DNA of 64,000 nt from an uncultured Spirochaetaceae bacterium (GCA_944389015.1 CALXKS010000067.1:18102-82101), one strand, 5' to 3'; positions 17,136 to 27,046 are shown, counted from the first letter of the stretch. Notes: a model not told the origin generated them from the letters alone. A program made the numbers and translations.

Positions 17136-17738
17136 TTGAAGGATCTCACGGAAAAGCAGAGAACTGTACTGGCATTCATTGCCGAGTACATAGCGCATAA
17201 TGGACGGGCTCCTTCTTATAATGATATTGCCTCCCACTTCGGCTTCTCTGCCAAAGCCGCATATGATACTGTCCTCGCTCTTATAAAGAAGGGAAAGCTT
17301 GAAAAGAGCAGCAGACTGCTCCGCTCCATCTCTCTGCCGGAGGATGAACGGATGAGGATGGGGACACTTGCGGTTCCATTCTTCAGCAGAGAACCTTCGC
17401 CTGAGGATATAAGGGAGAAAAGATGCAACGGATTCTCATTCATCGAAGGCAGGTATGCAGATATTGACTGCTTTGCCTTCCGTGTCACATCATCATCGAT
17501 GACAGATGCAGCAATCATCCCTGGCGATACGGCGATAATCGCTGTCAGGAAACCTGCCCAGGATGGCGATATCGTCCTTGCATACTGCCCTGGGAATGAC
17601 AGAGCCCCGGAGCTCAGGAAACTCAGGAAGATCCCCGGATTCTTTCTGCTGATTCCTGATAATGCCTCTATGGGAACGATAAAGACCACAGACGCTGAGA
17701 TCCTTGGTGTGCTTATAGGAATCAGGAGGGAAATATGA
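17136..17738 (+). CDS. lexA: LexA-like repressor (winged HTH + S24 peptidase domain), TTG start
   Basis: LTEKQRTVLAFIAEYIAHNGRAPSYNDIASHFGFS (LexA DNA-binding domain). S24 Ser (VTSSSMTDAAIIPGD) and Lys (ELRKLRK). The canonical Ala-Gly cleavage site is not apparent. Confidence 0.7.
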   Translation: MKDLTEKQRTVLAFIAEYIAHNGRAPSYNDIASHFGFSAKAAYDTVLALIKKGKLEKSSRLLRSISLPEDERMRMGTLAVPFFSREPSPEDIREKRCNGFSFIEGRYADIDCFAFRVTSSSMTDAAIIPGDTAIIAVRKPAQDGDIVLAYCPGNDRAPELRKLRKIPGFFLLIPDNASMGTIKTTDAEILGVLIGIRREI

Positions 17739-18799
17739 ACTATCTGCTTCTTGGGCCGGAAGAAGGCGAGAAGAATGAATGGCTGAGACGGGAAAAGGAG
17801 AAAGTACTGAAAGAGCATCCGGACGCGGAGATCCATTCATTCTATACAGGCGATGATGACGGGGCCTCTGTATCTGCTGTGATGTCCCAGCCGTCTCTTT
17901 TCTCCTCCTTCCGCTATGCTGTTATAAGACAGTATGAAGCCAGATCCGGCAAGGATTCCATCACCGATGCAATCATCAGCTTCCTGAAATCCGGACAGAA
18001 TGATGCAGAGCTGGTAATTGTCAGCGCAGAGAAGTCCGAGATGAAGATCAGCAAGGAGATACTGTCAAGAATCCCGAAGGAAAACCGTCTGATGTTCTGG
18101 GAAATGTTCGAAAGCCGGAAGAGGGAATGGATAGTGAAGGCATTCCGCGATGAAGGCTTCTCCATCGATCAGGAAGGCATAGAGGAAATCCTCTTCTCAA
18201 CGGAGAACAATACTGCCGACATGAAGAATCTTGTAACATCGCTATCTCTTTATTTCCACGCCTCGAAACCAGACAAGAGAACAATCACAGCTGATGATAT
18301 CGAGCAATATGCAGTAAAGACCAGAGGAGAGGACGGTTACACGCTCTTCGCGGCAATCGCAGAGGGAGATCTTGAGCATGCAATACTGATAATGAAGACT
18401 CTCGAGGAAACCGATTCCTATGCGGCGGTGAGGGCTTTCAGCATTGTGACGCAGCGTTTCAGGCTGCTCGAGAACTGCCTGATCATGAAAAGCCAGGGAG
18501 CGAGCATAGATACGATAGCAAAGGAAGCATCATATCTATCGCCCTATCCTGCAGCCTTCACACAGAAAGGACTGAAGGCAAGGGAGAAGACAGCATTCTC
18601 CAAGGCTATGTCCGTATACTCCCTTGAAGATGCATCCAGGATCATAGGCTATCTGGGAAAGATGGACAGTACGATAAAGAACACATCAGCTGATATGCAT
18701 ATGCTGGTATTCACCGATATTCTCTATACAATCATCAGATACAAGGGAAAGGAAACAGGAATCAATGCTGCCGGAAACGGCCTTGATATCATGCTCTGA
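17735..18799 (+). CDS. holA: DNA polymerase III delta subunit (HolA)
   Basis: 354 aa. The N-terminal YLLLGPEEGEK...SQPSLFSSFRYAVIR pattern and size fit HolA. ATGA overlap with lexA-like. Confidence 0.65.
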   Translation: MNYLLLGPEEGEKNEWLRREKEKVLKEHPDAEIHSFYTGDDDGASVSAVMSQPSLFSSFRYAVIRQYEARSGKDSITDAIISFLKSGQNDAELVIVSAEKSEMKISKEILSRIPKENRLMFWEMFESRKREWIVKAFRDEGFSIDQEGIEEILFSTENNTADMKNLVTSLSLYFHASKPDKRTITADDIEQYAVKTRGEDGYTLFAAIAEGDLEHAILIMKTLEETDSYAAVRAFSIVTQRFRLLENCLIMKSQGASIDTIAKEASYLSPYPAAFTQKGLKAREKTAFSKAMSVYSLEDASRIIGYLGKMDSTIKNTSADMHMLVFTDILYTIIRYKGKETGINAAGNGLDIML

Positions 18800-18854
18800 A
18801 CAGCATGGGCATATCTTCTGGGAACAGAATCAACCGAAGGTGATCCAGCGATAA

Positions 18855-20636
18855 TCAGAAATTGAGCTTATGCAGCACACGCTCTGCAACAGATACGGGA
18901 ATCCTCGCCCCCTTTGCAAGATCCTCTGCAGACAGCGGAAGGATTGCTTCGACAGAGCCGTATGTCTGCATTATCCTCTTCGCTCTCTCCGGCCCTATTC
19001 CTTCTATTGATTCAAGAAGCGAGAATGAAGCATCGCGGCTACGCATTCTCTGATTGAACGATGTCGCGAATCTGTGGCATTCATCTCTGACTGCAATAAG
19101 CACACGGAGCCCAGGATCGCTGTGGTCAAGCAAAAGCGAAGGCCTGTCGCCGGGGAAGACTATCTCCTCATGCTCCTTGGCAAGTCCAACAACGGGAAAA
19201 TCAAGGCCAAGGGCTTCAAGCGAATCGAGTGCGGCACTCACCTGCCCCTTTCCCCCATCAACCATCAGAAGATCCGGCATCGGCGATCCCTCATTGAGAA
19301 GTCGCTGGTAGCGCCTTCCAACGGCCTCACGCATCGACTGGAAATCATCGATTTTTCCATCCAGTGATTTGATAGAGAAATGCCTATATTCTTTATTTGA
19401 AGGATTCCCTTCACGGAATACTATTAGAGATGCAACGGTGTATTTTCCGGAAAGCTGAGCGATATCAAAGCCCTCGATATGAAGAGGCACTGTCTCAAGG
19501 CCAAGCTCATCACGGAGCTTCTCAAGAGCAGGGGTGTTGTCAACCTCACGCAGCCTCTTCTCCACATCTCTTGATGCATTCTCTGCAGCCATTCTAAGTA
19601 TTCTGTAATGCTTTCCGTCTTTGGGAACAGTGACGTATACCCCTGAGCGGAGCTCATTCCTGAAGTACGAGGACAGAAGATCCGTATCGATCTCGCAGGA
19701 TACGAAGATCTCATTGGGAAGGCTGTCACCATCGCTGTAATACTGGATGAGGAATGACAGCAGCGTCTCCGTCTCATCCGAAAGACATTCAGCTCTGTAC
19801 AATGCTCTTCCGATGAGCCTGCCGGACCGGAACTGCATCAGGGAGATTGTGCAGAGATAGCTTCTCATCTCTATCGCAGCATAATCGCGGCTATCTGCAG
19901 AAAAATCCTCCACCATCTGATTCTTCTGCATCACGGTAAGGGCCTTCAGCTGATCGCGCTTTCTTGCAGCTGTCTCGAAGTCAAGCTCCTTTGCCGCCTT
20001 GTTCATCTCCTTCTCGACCTGCTTTATCAGAGATGAATCATCTCCATTCAGGAAATCCTCGACTTCCCTGACGTAAGCCATGTAGTCCTTTTTATCGATT
20101 GCACCGATGCATGGGCCTGAGCACCTGTGGATATGATAGTAAAGACAGGGCGTCTTCCTCATTTTCAGCGGGCCCTGGCAATGCCGGAGAGGATAGTTAT
20201 CCTCGACCATCTTGAGATATGCATCGAGCCTCATACCATCCGGATATGGCCCGAAGTACCGGGAACCATCCTTTATCACACGTCTTGTCTTGAAAATATG
20301 GGGAAAGTCCTCATTGGTTATGCGGATGACAGGATAGCTCTTCCCGTCCTTCAGAAGTATGTTGTAATGGGGGTTGTATTTCTTAATGAGATTATTCTCA
20401 AGGACAAGTGCCTCATATTCATTCCCGGTGATTACGAACTCTATATCCTCGATCTTCTCAACAAGCGCGGCGGTCTTGGCATTGCGGTTAGGAAGGAAAT
20501 ATGATGACACACGGCGCTTCAGGTTCTTCGCCTTTCCCACATATATTACAGTTCCTTCCTTGTTCTTCATAAGATAACATCCAGGATTATCTGGAAGCGA
20601 TCTCGCAATCTCTCTGGCCTTCTCGGACATATACAT
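18855..20636 (-). CDS. uvrC: Excinuclease ABC subunit C (UvrC)
   Basis: 593 aa. GIY-YIG (GCYLMKNKEGTVIYVGKAKNLKRRVSSYF), UVR domain, endonuclease V-like domain and C-terminal (HhH)2. Confidence 0.95.
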   Translation of the reverse strand: MYMSEKAREIARSLPDNPGCYLMKNKEGTVIYVGKAKNLKRRVSSYFLPNRNAKTAALVEKIEDIEFVITGNEYEALVLENNLIKKYNPHYNILLKDGKSYPVIRITNEDFPHIFKTRRVIKDGSRYFGPYPDGMRLDAYLKMVEDNYPLRHCQGPLKMRKTPCLYYHIHRCSGPCIGAIDKKDYMAYVREVEDFLNGDDSSLIKQVEKEMNKAAKELDFETAARKRDQLKALTVMQKNQMVEDFSADSRDYAAIEMRSYLCTISLMQFRSGRLIGRALYRAECLSDETETLLSFLIQYYSDGDSLPNEIFVSCEIDTDLLSSYFRNELRSGVYVTVPKDGKHYRILRMAAENASRDVEKRLREVDNTPALEKLRDELGLETVPLHIEGFDIAQLSGKYTVASLIVFREGNPSNKEYRHFSIKSLDGKIDDFQSMREAVGRRYQRLLNEGSPMPDLLMVDGGKGQVSAALDSLEALGLDFPVVGLAKEHEEIVFPGDRPSLLLDHSDPGLRVLIAVRDECHRFATSFNQRMRSRDASFSLLESIEGIGPERAKRIMQTYGSVEAILPLSAEDLAKGARIPVSVAERVLHKLNF

Positions 20637-20679
20637 AAGATAGCTATACAGACTTTTTTCTGCAATCTATACTTTCCCT

Positions 20680-21927
20680 GTGAAAGCTGCAGATGAAATA
20701 TTCAACACATTGCCGGATACGGTAAAGGATGCTATCAGGGACCTTTTCTCCAGATATCATTTCACAGAGAGCCAGAAGCTTGAGATCTTAAAGGAAGAAG
20801 CAGATCTCCGGCAATGGAAAGAACCATCATTTGCAGGGTCATTCGATCATGGAACGCTGGAAAGCCATCAGGATGGCAGGACCGGGGATAGATACATGGA
20901 AGCACTGCGAAAATACATGCATGATCTCAGGGCAGATGCGACAGACTATTCTTCATTCTTTCCCTCGATCCACCCTCGTCCGAAGAGCCGTGTCACCGAA
21001 CCGGATAAACAGCTGGTGCTCAGCAGATGCCCTTGTCCTGTTGATGGAGAGAAGACCCGCTGCTGCAAGCTAAGAACCCTTGATGTGATTGAGCAATGCG
21101 CATTTTCCTGCTCATACTGCTCTGTGCAGGCCTTTTATGCGGAGAATGAGATCCATGCCATAAGCAATATAAAGGAAAAGCTGCTTGCTCTCGAGGTGGA
21201 AGATGATGTCTGGCATATCGGAACAGGACAGGCCTCGGATTCAATACTCCTGGGCGATGATCATGGAACACTGTCAGGGCTTGCTTCATTCGCAGAAAAA
21301 CATCCGGATATCATAATAGAACTCAAATCAAAGAGTGCCAGGAATGTATTCAGCAGGGAATACCCTGCGAACATGTTCTTCTCATGGAGCCTCAATGCGC
21401 CGACCATAATCGAGAAGGAAGAACATCTGACCGCATCGCTTGAAGGCCGGTTGGAGAATGCCATGAGATGCAGGAACAATGGTAACCTAGTAGGCTTCCA
21501 TATCCATCCGATGGTCTACTTCAGAGGATGGGAAGAGGAATATGGAGCTGTCGCTGATAAAATATCCTCAGCATTCGCCTCTGATGATCTCTTCGCAATC
21601 AGCATCGGAACGCTGACATTCACGAAATCAGTGCTCAAGAACCTCAGACTATGCGGAGAAGAGAGCAGGATACTTGAAATGGAGCTTACACCGGCTGCAG
21701 GCAAGTTCTCCTATCCTCTTGATATCAAGCGGAAGATGTTCTCCCATGTATATTCCTCCTTCCCGGAAAGCATCAGAGAAGGAGTATTCTTCTACCTCTG
21801 CATGGAAGATCCATCGCTCTGGCCTGCTGTCCTTGGACGGGAATATGGATGCGACAGGGACTTTGAGCTTGATATGAAGGAAAATTACATGCAGAAGCGT
21901 GATATTCTCATTAATAAGCGCCGCTGA
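20680..21927 (+). CDS. SPL (spore photoproduct lyase)-family radical SAM protein
   Basis: 415 aa, GTG start. CPCPVDGEKTRCCKLRTLDVIEQCAFSCSYCSVQAFY contains the CX3CX2C radical SAM cluster in the context typical of SplB-like proteins. Confidence 0.6.
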   Translation: MKAADEIFNTLPDTVKDAIRDLFSRYHFTESQKLEILKEEADLRQWKEPSFAGSFDHGTLESHQDGRTGDRYMEALRKYMHDLRADATDYSSFFPSIHPRPKSRVTEPDKQLVLSRCPCPVDGEKTRCCKLRTLDVIEQCAFSCSYCSVQAFYAENEIHAISNIKEKLLALEVEDDVWHIGTGQASDSILLGDDHGTLSGLASFAEKHPDIIIELKSKSARNVFSREYPANMFFSWSLNAPTIIEKEEHLTASLEGRLENAMRCRNNGNLVGFHIHPMVYFRGWEEEYGAVADKISSAFASDDLFAISIGTLTFTKSVLKNLRLCGEESRILEMELTPAAGKFSYPLDIKRKMFSHVYSSFPESIREGVFFYLCMEDPSLWPAVLGREYGCDRDFELDMKENYMQKRDILINKRR

Positions 21928-21961
21928 TTTATGTCATAATTCCATATATTACCGATGGATA

Positions 21962-22492
21962 TCAGGAAAGAGCCTCGAAAATCCCCTTCTCCTTGTTCTT
22001 CCGGACATTCGATGCGTCATACAGCCTTCCCCCCATTGTTATATACACTCCGGAACTGGCCGTCTGGACAAAAGACAGGGCACATCCGAGATTGAATACA
22101 GCATCGCTGTTCTCAAGAGAATAAGGGATCATCGCTCCTGTGAAGACAAAGACATGCCCATCATCCTTCTCCTTCATGCTCTCAAGGAGTGTTGCGGTCT
22201 TCACCATAGTATCTGTCCCATGGACTATGACAACCATCCGCTCAACGGAGGAAAGGGCATTAAGCGCGATGCGATGGCGCTCCTCCTCTGTCATCACAAG
22301 GCTGTCCACAGCAAGAAGAGAGTCCAGATGGACAGGAAGAGTCACACGCGCCTGATTGAGGATCCGAGGCAGCTGGCTTTCACGGAATATCAGCTCACCA
22401 CGGACTGCATCATACTGCTTATCGAATGTTCCACCTGTAGTGATGATCCTTATGGTTCTATCATCCATATGCTGTCCCTCGCCAGGATTCAC
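21962..22492 (-). CDS. Stand-alone asparaginase N-terminal-domain protein
   Basis: 176 aa. ITTGGTFDK (TGGT nucleophile motif) and VIVHGTDTM (HGTDT motif) of L-asparaginase/GatD-type domains. No C-terminal domain. ATGA overlap with the upstream GntR gene. Confidence 0.6.
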   Translation of the reverse strand: MNPGEGQHMDDRTIRIITTGGTFDKQYDAVRGELIFRESQLPRILNQARVTLPVHLDSLLAVDSLVMTEEERHRIALNALSSVERMVVIVHGTDTMVKTATLLESMKEKDDGHVFVFTGAMIPYSLENSDAVFNLGCALSFVQTASSGVYITMGGRLYDASNVRKNKEKGIFEALS

Positions 22493-23163
22493 TTATTGTC
22501 GCTGTTGTATTTACGGATTGACTCAATACAGCTGCTCATGAAGAAATTCAGATGAAGATTGTACATCTTGATTATGCTCTTCCTATCCTCTTTGAGGATG
22601 GAATCGATCATCTTCGCATGATGTTCTCTTGTCACCTTATAATCCTCTGCGTTCTTCTTCACAATGGCATTGAATATGCTTATCCTCAGACCTTCCTGGC
22701 ATATTGATCCGAAAAGCTTGGCAAGCCGTGAATTGCCAGTGCTGGAAACAAGGAATGAATGGAATATCATATCCTTATCGCAGATCTGGAAATGATTGCA
22801 CTGGCCGGAATCCACGGTATCCTCCCAGTCTTTATTCAGTGCGATCATACGGCTCATATCGAGCATGCCGAGAGCATCGATAACAGCATATGGCTCGATG
22901 ATCTTGCGGGCAGAATAGACCTCCTCGACATCTTTCTCGGTAATCATCTTGGCAAAGAAGCCAGCACGGGGACGCAGCTCGACAAGATTCTCATTGCGGA
23001 GCAGAAGCAGGGCTTCCCTGAACGGAGTCTTGCTCACCTGAATCTCATCCAGAAGCGATTTCTCATCAATGGGCGCTCCTGGAAGTATCGAACAGTCAAG
23101 GATACGCTTCTTGATATACTCATATGTGTACCGGCTGAGATTCTGGTTTTCCTTCTGTGCCAT
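22489..23163 (-). CDS. GntR-family transcriptional regulator (FadR/FCD subfamily)
   Basis: 224 aa. N-terminal wHTH (YEYIKKRILDCSILPGAPIDEKSLLDEIQVSKTPFREALLLLRNENLVELRPRAG) plus a helical FCD-like C-domain. Confidence 0.8.
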   Translation of the reverse strand: MAQKENQNLSRYTYEYIKKRILDCSILPGAPIDEKSLLDEIQVSKTPFREALLLLRNENLVELRPRAGFFAKMITEKDVEEVYSARKIIEPYAVIDALGMLDMSRMIALNKDWEDTVDSGQCNHFQICDKDMIFHSFLVSSTGNSRLAKLFGSICQEGLRISIFNAIVKKNAEDYKVTREHHAKMIDSILKEDRKSIIKMYNLHLNFFMSSCIESIRKYNSDNK

Positions 23164-23235
23164 ATCTATCTCTCCTGCCCAAAAGTGTTACTGTAATTTT
23201 ACCGGCATAGTTTCAGAAGGAAAACCCAAAACATG

Positions 23236-24042
23236 TCATGCCCTGAAAAATTCATTCATGAATCCTATCGATCTGACTGCAGCTGTCTTTCCGTCCGGAT
23301 AAGGAAGGCACTCAACAGAGATTATCCCATCGTACCCGATCCTCCTGATCTCATCCGCAAAAGAATGGAAATCAAAAGAGCCGCCCCCCGGAAAATGCCT
23401 GTTATTGTCAGCAATATGGATATGCCAGATCAGATCTCCGTAGTTCTCAAAGCAAGTGAAAGGATCCTCCTCCTCGATATTCATATGGAATGCATCCATG
23501 AGTATGCCGACATTCCCGAATCCAGCAGACCTGATGAAGGAAGCAACCTCATCTCCTGTATTGAAATAGTTGTTCTCATAGCGGTTGGTCGCCTCAAGAA
23601 GTATCTTCACACCTTTCCCGGAAGCATATGAGCTCAGACGTTTGAGCTCCCCTCTGACTATATCAAGAGAAGCATCCCTATCGGGGGACAGATTGCCTTT
23701 CAGCGAGCCGATGGTTATCTTCGATCCAAGTTCAGATGCCAGATCCACATACTCAGTGAGCATGCTGTAAAGGACCTCCCTCCTTACAGGATCAGGGTCT
23801 GCAATCGAAAGATTGAATTTACCGAATATCGAACCGGTGCCGATTGTTGTCACGGCAATGCCAAGCTCTCTGCAGAGCGTTCTTATCCTATCAGCATCAA
23901 CCTGCTCCGGACTGGGAGTGTGTATCTCAACTCCATCGAACCCGAGCGATGCTGCGTATCGTATCTGCTCCTCGACATCCCCGGTCAGGGGAACTGGGGC
24001 ATTCTTATTTATTATCTCGCTTACAGCTATGCTGAAAACCAT
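23236..24042 (-). CDS. Sugar phosphate isomerase/epimerase (xylose-isomerase-like TIM barrel)
   Basis: 268 aa. GFDGVEIH, LLEATNRYE, DAFHMNIEE, HIHIADNNRHFPGGGSFDF. Paralog of 61226-62035. Confidence 0.75.
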   Translation of the reverse strand: MVFSIAVSEIINKNAPVPLTGDVEEQIRYAASLGFDGVEIHTPSPEQVDADRIRTLCRELGIAVTTIGTGSIFGKFNLSIADPDPVRREVLYSMLTEYVDLASELGSKITIGSLKGNLSPDRDASLDIVRGELKRLSSYASGKGVKILLEATNRYENNYFNTGDEVASFIRSAGFGNVGILMDAFHMNIEEEDPFTCFENYGDLIWHIHIADNNRHFPGGGSFDFHSFADEIRRIGYDGIISVECLPYPDGKTAAVRSIGFMNEFFRA

Positions 24043-24053
24043 ATCAGCTCCTT

Positions 24054-25256
24054 TTAATATGCGATGCGGTATATACCGATCGTCTTATCTCTTCTTGAAG
24101 AGAAATAGATATGATGATTGCTGTGATCTGCCACTGGATGCGGATGGGAGTCCTGGGAAAGCCAATCGGTATCATGGCTTGCAAGAGGATGCCACTCCAG
24201 CACTCCATTCTTCCAATCGGGCAATACAAGGCTTACATACCTTCCATTCTTCTTGTGAGGATCAGGACCGTTATCTGTAGGATTATCACGAACAATGTCC
24301 TTATCATCCGGAAACCTGAAATATCCATCACATATAAGATTGCTCAGACCATCAACTGTAAAGTGGCCATATGCTCTGAACGACTTATCAAGAAGGATTT
24401 CCTGGCACTCGCCTGACACAGGATCGATACGGCCGACAAAGGCTCCTCCCATCTTCTCCCCATGGTAGATGACCCATTGTCCATCAGGAGACCAGAGCTC
24501 ATGGCATACCCAGTCATTACGGGACCGGGCATCACCCTCGCAGCGCAGCTGCCTGTATCCTTTATCCCAGTCATAGAGCCAGACGCGTCTTATTCCTGTA
24601 TCCCTGCATGTCCATTCGTTGTTGAAAAGCATCAGCGATGGATTGACGGGAGAGAATACGACATGCGTTATCCAGCACCCTGGAACAGTCACCTCCCGGA
24701 GAAGAGCACCTGTCTCAGTATCATAGAACGACAAGTATGATGAGAGATTCTCTTTTATACAGCGTTCATCAACAGAGAACACAGGTCTTCTGTCCAGACC
24801 ATAGCCCTCTCTATCCAGATCGTACTCAAGCGCTCTTCTATCGGTCGAAGGAACGGCAAGCATCTTCCCATCAGGGGAAACATGCATGAATGCAGTCACT
24901 CTGTCTCCCCTGATGCTGTTGAGCTTTTCTATCGCTCCATCTTTTATGCGGCGTATCTCATTTCCTTGGATGTAGTACAGAGTATTCCTTTCGGAATCCA
25001 GGACAACGCTTGCCTTTCCCAGCCCTTTATCCCACTCTCCATTGAAATAGACATAGCTTCTCAGAACCCCATCCTGATTATCGCTCAGGATGCTGAGCTT
25101 TCCTGTCCCCAGATCATATGAGAAGATATTGGGACTTCCCGTCATATCCGTAAGACCATACAGCGTGCTATCATCCTGAGACAATGATGAGCAGGTAAAG
25201 TAAAGCATCTGGAAATCGGCATTATCGCTCTTGAGCACAACCTCCGCATCCTTCAT
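24054..25256 (-). CDS. Oligogalacturonate lyase-like beta-propeller protein (PL22-like)
   Basis: Start moved to ATG 25256, just after the dctM stop. The pattern YFTCSSLSQDDSTLYGLTDMTGSPNIFSYDLGTGKLSILSD and C-terminal HPHPV...IYFSSRRD resemble Ogl-family proteins. Call made from memory, not searched. Confidence 0.5.
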   Translation of the reverse strand: MKDAEVVLKSDNADFQMLYFTCSSLSQDDSTLYGLTDMTGSPNIFSYDLGTGKLSILSDNQDGVLRSYVYFNGEWDKGLGKASVVLDSERNTLYYIQGNEIRRIKDGAIEKLNSIRGDRVTAFMHVSPDGKMLAVPSTDRRALEYDLDREGYGLDRRPVFSVDERCIKENLSSYLSFYDTETGALLREVTVPGCWITHVVFSPVNPSLMLFNNEWTCRDTGIRRVWLYDWDKGYRQLRCEGDARSRNDWVCHELWSPDGQWVIYHGEKMGGAFVGRIDPVSGECQEILLDKSFRAYGHFTVDGLSNLICDGYFRFPDDKDIVRDNPTDNGPDPHKKNGRYVSLVLPDWKNGVLEWHPLASHDTDWLSQDSHPHPVADHSNHHIYFSSRRDKTIGIYRIAY

Positions 25257-25267
25257 CTGACTGCTCC

Positions 25268-26545
25268 TTAGAAGAATGCTTCCTGCAGGTACATGAACGG
25301 ACCTGGCACGAGTATGATGATGACCACAGACAGAAGGAATGTGATAAGCCATGGCACCATCTCCTTGCAATACTCCTGAAGAGAGCAATCAAGTATTGAG
25401 TTGACTGTGAACATCGAAAGTCCTACAGGAGGCGTACAGTTACCCAAAGTAACTACAGTACAGAAGATAAGGCCGAAGAGAACGGGATCTATTCCAAGCG
25501 ACTGGATCATCGGCATGAATACAGGCGTAAGGATCAGAATCGTTGCAGCACCTTCCATGAACATGCCAATGAAAACCAGGAGAACGACAAGGAGAAGAAG
25601 GATGATTGTAGGATTTGATGAGATTCCTACCATGAATCCTGTCACAGCCTGCGGTACTCTGTCGATAGGCACGCCATATCCGAGAATAGCGGAGAATGCA
25701 ATTATGAACATAACTGCTCCGATATCAGCAACGGAATCCTTAAGGGCAAGTATGAAGTTCTCCTTATTCAGCTCCTTGTATGCAAAGCGTCCTACACAGA
25801 AAGCATAGACACATGCGAATGCACCTACTTCAGAAGGAGTGAAAAGACCCATCTTTATTCCAAAGAGAAGGATGAACGGGAAAAGCAGCGCCCAGAAGCA
25901 CTCCTTGAAGCTCTCCCAGAGCATTCTCTTCGGAAGCTTCTCCGTGCGGGCTGGCTTGTATCCGCGCCTATAGGAGATGAACCATGTCGTGAACATCATG
26001 ACAACCATCATGAAGAGTCCGATCACAAGACCTCCGGCGAAGAGCTTGCCGATAGAGACATTGCTTGCGGTTCCGAAGATGATCAGAGCATTCCCTGGCG
26101 GGATCGTGGCTGTGATAAGGCCTGTGAAGGCAATATTGCATGCTGCGAATCCCTTTGAGTATCCGGATTTGATCATATCCGGTCCCAGAAGCCTTGCCTC
26201 CATAGCAGCATCTGCTATGCAGGAGCCGGAAACACCTCCCATCATCGTGGAAAGGACAACGCTTGTCTGGGCAAAGCCACCGCGCATCCTTCCTGTTATG
26301 ATCATTGCGAACTTCGCAAGCCTGTGGGTAGTCCCTCCCCTGTTAAGGAGGTTGCCAGCAAGGATGAAGAGAGGGACAGCAAGAAGGGCGAAATTCTGCG
26401 TCTGCGTTATAGGCAGCTGGACCATGATCGACATCGGAAGATTCGGATGCTGCAGGAAGTAGAAAACACCTGCTATACCAATAGAGAATGCAAGGGGCAT
26501 TCCCAGAACAAGCAATATAAGAAATACGGAAAATACGATTGCCAT
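25268..26545 (-). CDS. dctM: TRAP transporter large permease (DctM family)
   Basis: 425 aa polytopic protein. N-terminal LGMPLAFSIGIAG...LLAVPLFILAGNLLNRGG is typical of DctM. Confidence 0.9.
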   Translation of the reverse strand: MAIVFSVFLILLVLGMPLAFSIGIAGVFYFLQHPNLPMSIMVQLPITQTQNFALLAVPLFILAGNLLNRGGTTHRLAKFAMIITGRMRGGFAQTSVVLSTMMGGVSGSCIADAAMEARLLGPDMIKSGYSKGFAACNIAFTGLITATIPPGNALIIFGTASNVSIGKLFAGGLVIGLFMMVVMMFTTWFISYRRGYKPARTEKLPKRMLWESFKECFWALLFPFILLFGIKMGLFTPSEVGAFACVYAFCVGRFAYKELNKENFILALKDSVADIGAVMFIIAFSAILGYGVPIDRVPQAVTGFMVGISSNPTIILLLLVVLLVFIGMFMEGAATILILTPVFMPMIQSLGIDPVLFGLIFCTVVTLGNCTPPVGLSMFTVNSILDCSLQEYCKEMVPWLITFLLSVVIIILVPGPFMYLQEAFF

Positions 26546-26554
26546 ATCATTCTC

Positions 26555-27046
26555 CTACATATTCGAGAGCTCTTCCTTATCAGTGGATTTCCAGAGTTTC
26601 AGGAACCTGCTGATAAGAGAGAAGACCATGAAGCAGCAGCTGACAGGAAGTGAAAGCGTTACCCATGTATAGCTGAGCTGAGGGACTCCGTTGAAGGAAC
26701 GGAATCTTGTTGTCCATGAAAGGATGAATCCCTGATATATCATCAGAAGAAGGAAGACCAGCATCGCAAGATAGCTGAGAAGGATGATGACCTTCTGCAT
26801 CTTCAGAGGAAATTTCTTGAGAAGAAGGTTGAGATTGGCGAACCTGCCATTCCTGAAAGCCACATCGCCGCCAAGGAATGTGGACCAGGCAAGCATCATC
26901 ATACCGACATCCGTCGACCATGCCTGAGGATGCCCTACGCATCTGCCGACAGCACCAATGAAAATACATACTGTAAGGACTACGAGTCCAAACATGGATA
27001 CCCACATCTCCACGATGTGGATCTTCGCAATGATTTTATTAAGCAT
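26555..27046 (-). CDS. dctQ: TRAP transporter small permease (DctQ family)
   Basis: 163 aa, 4 TM helices, located between the DctP and DctM genes. Confidence 0.8.
   Translation of the reverse strand: MLNKIIAKIHIVEMWVSMFGLVVLTVCIFIGAVGRCVGHPQAWSTDVGMMMLAWSTFLGGDVAFRNGRFANLNLLLKKFPLKMQKVIILLSYLAMLVFLLLMIYQGFILSWTTRFRSFNGVPQLSYTWVTLSLPVSCCFMVFSLISRFLKLWKSTDKEELSNM

Noticed and set aside
25352-25369. Sigma-54-like element TGGCAC-N7-TTGCA on the plus strand.
   Set aside because: The spacing is 2 nt longer than the strict GG-N10-GC geometry. It lies inside and antisense to the dctM 3' end, with no downstream plus-strand gene.
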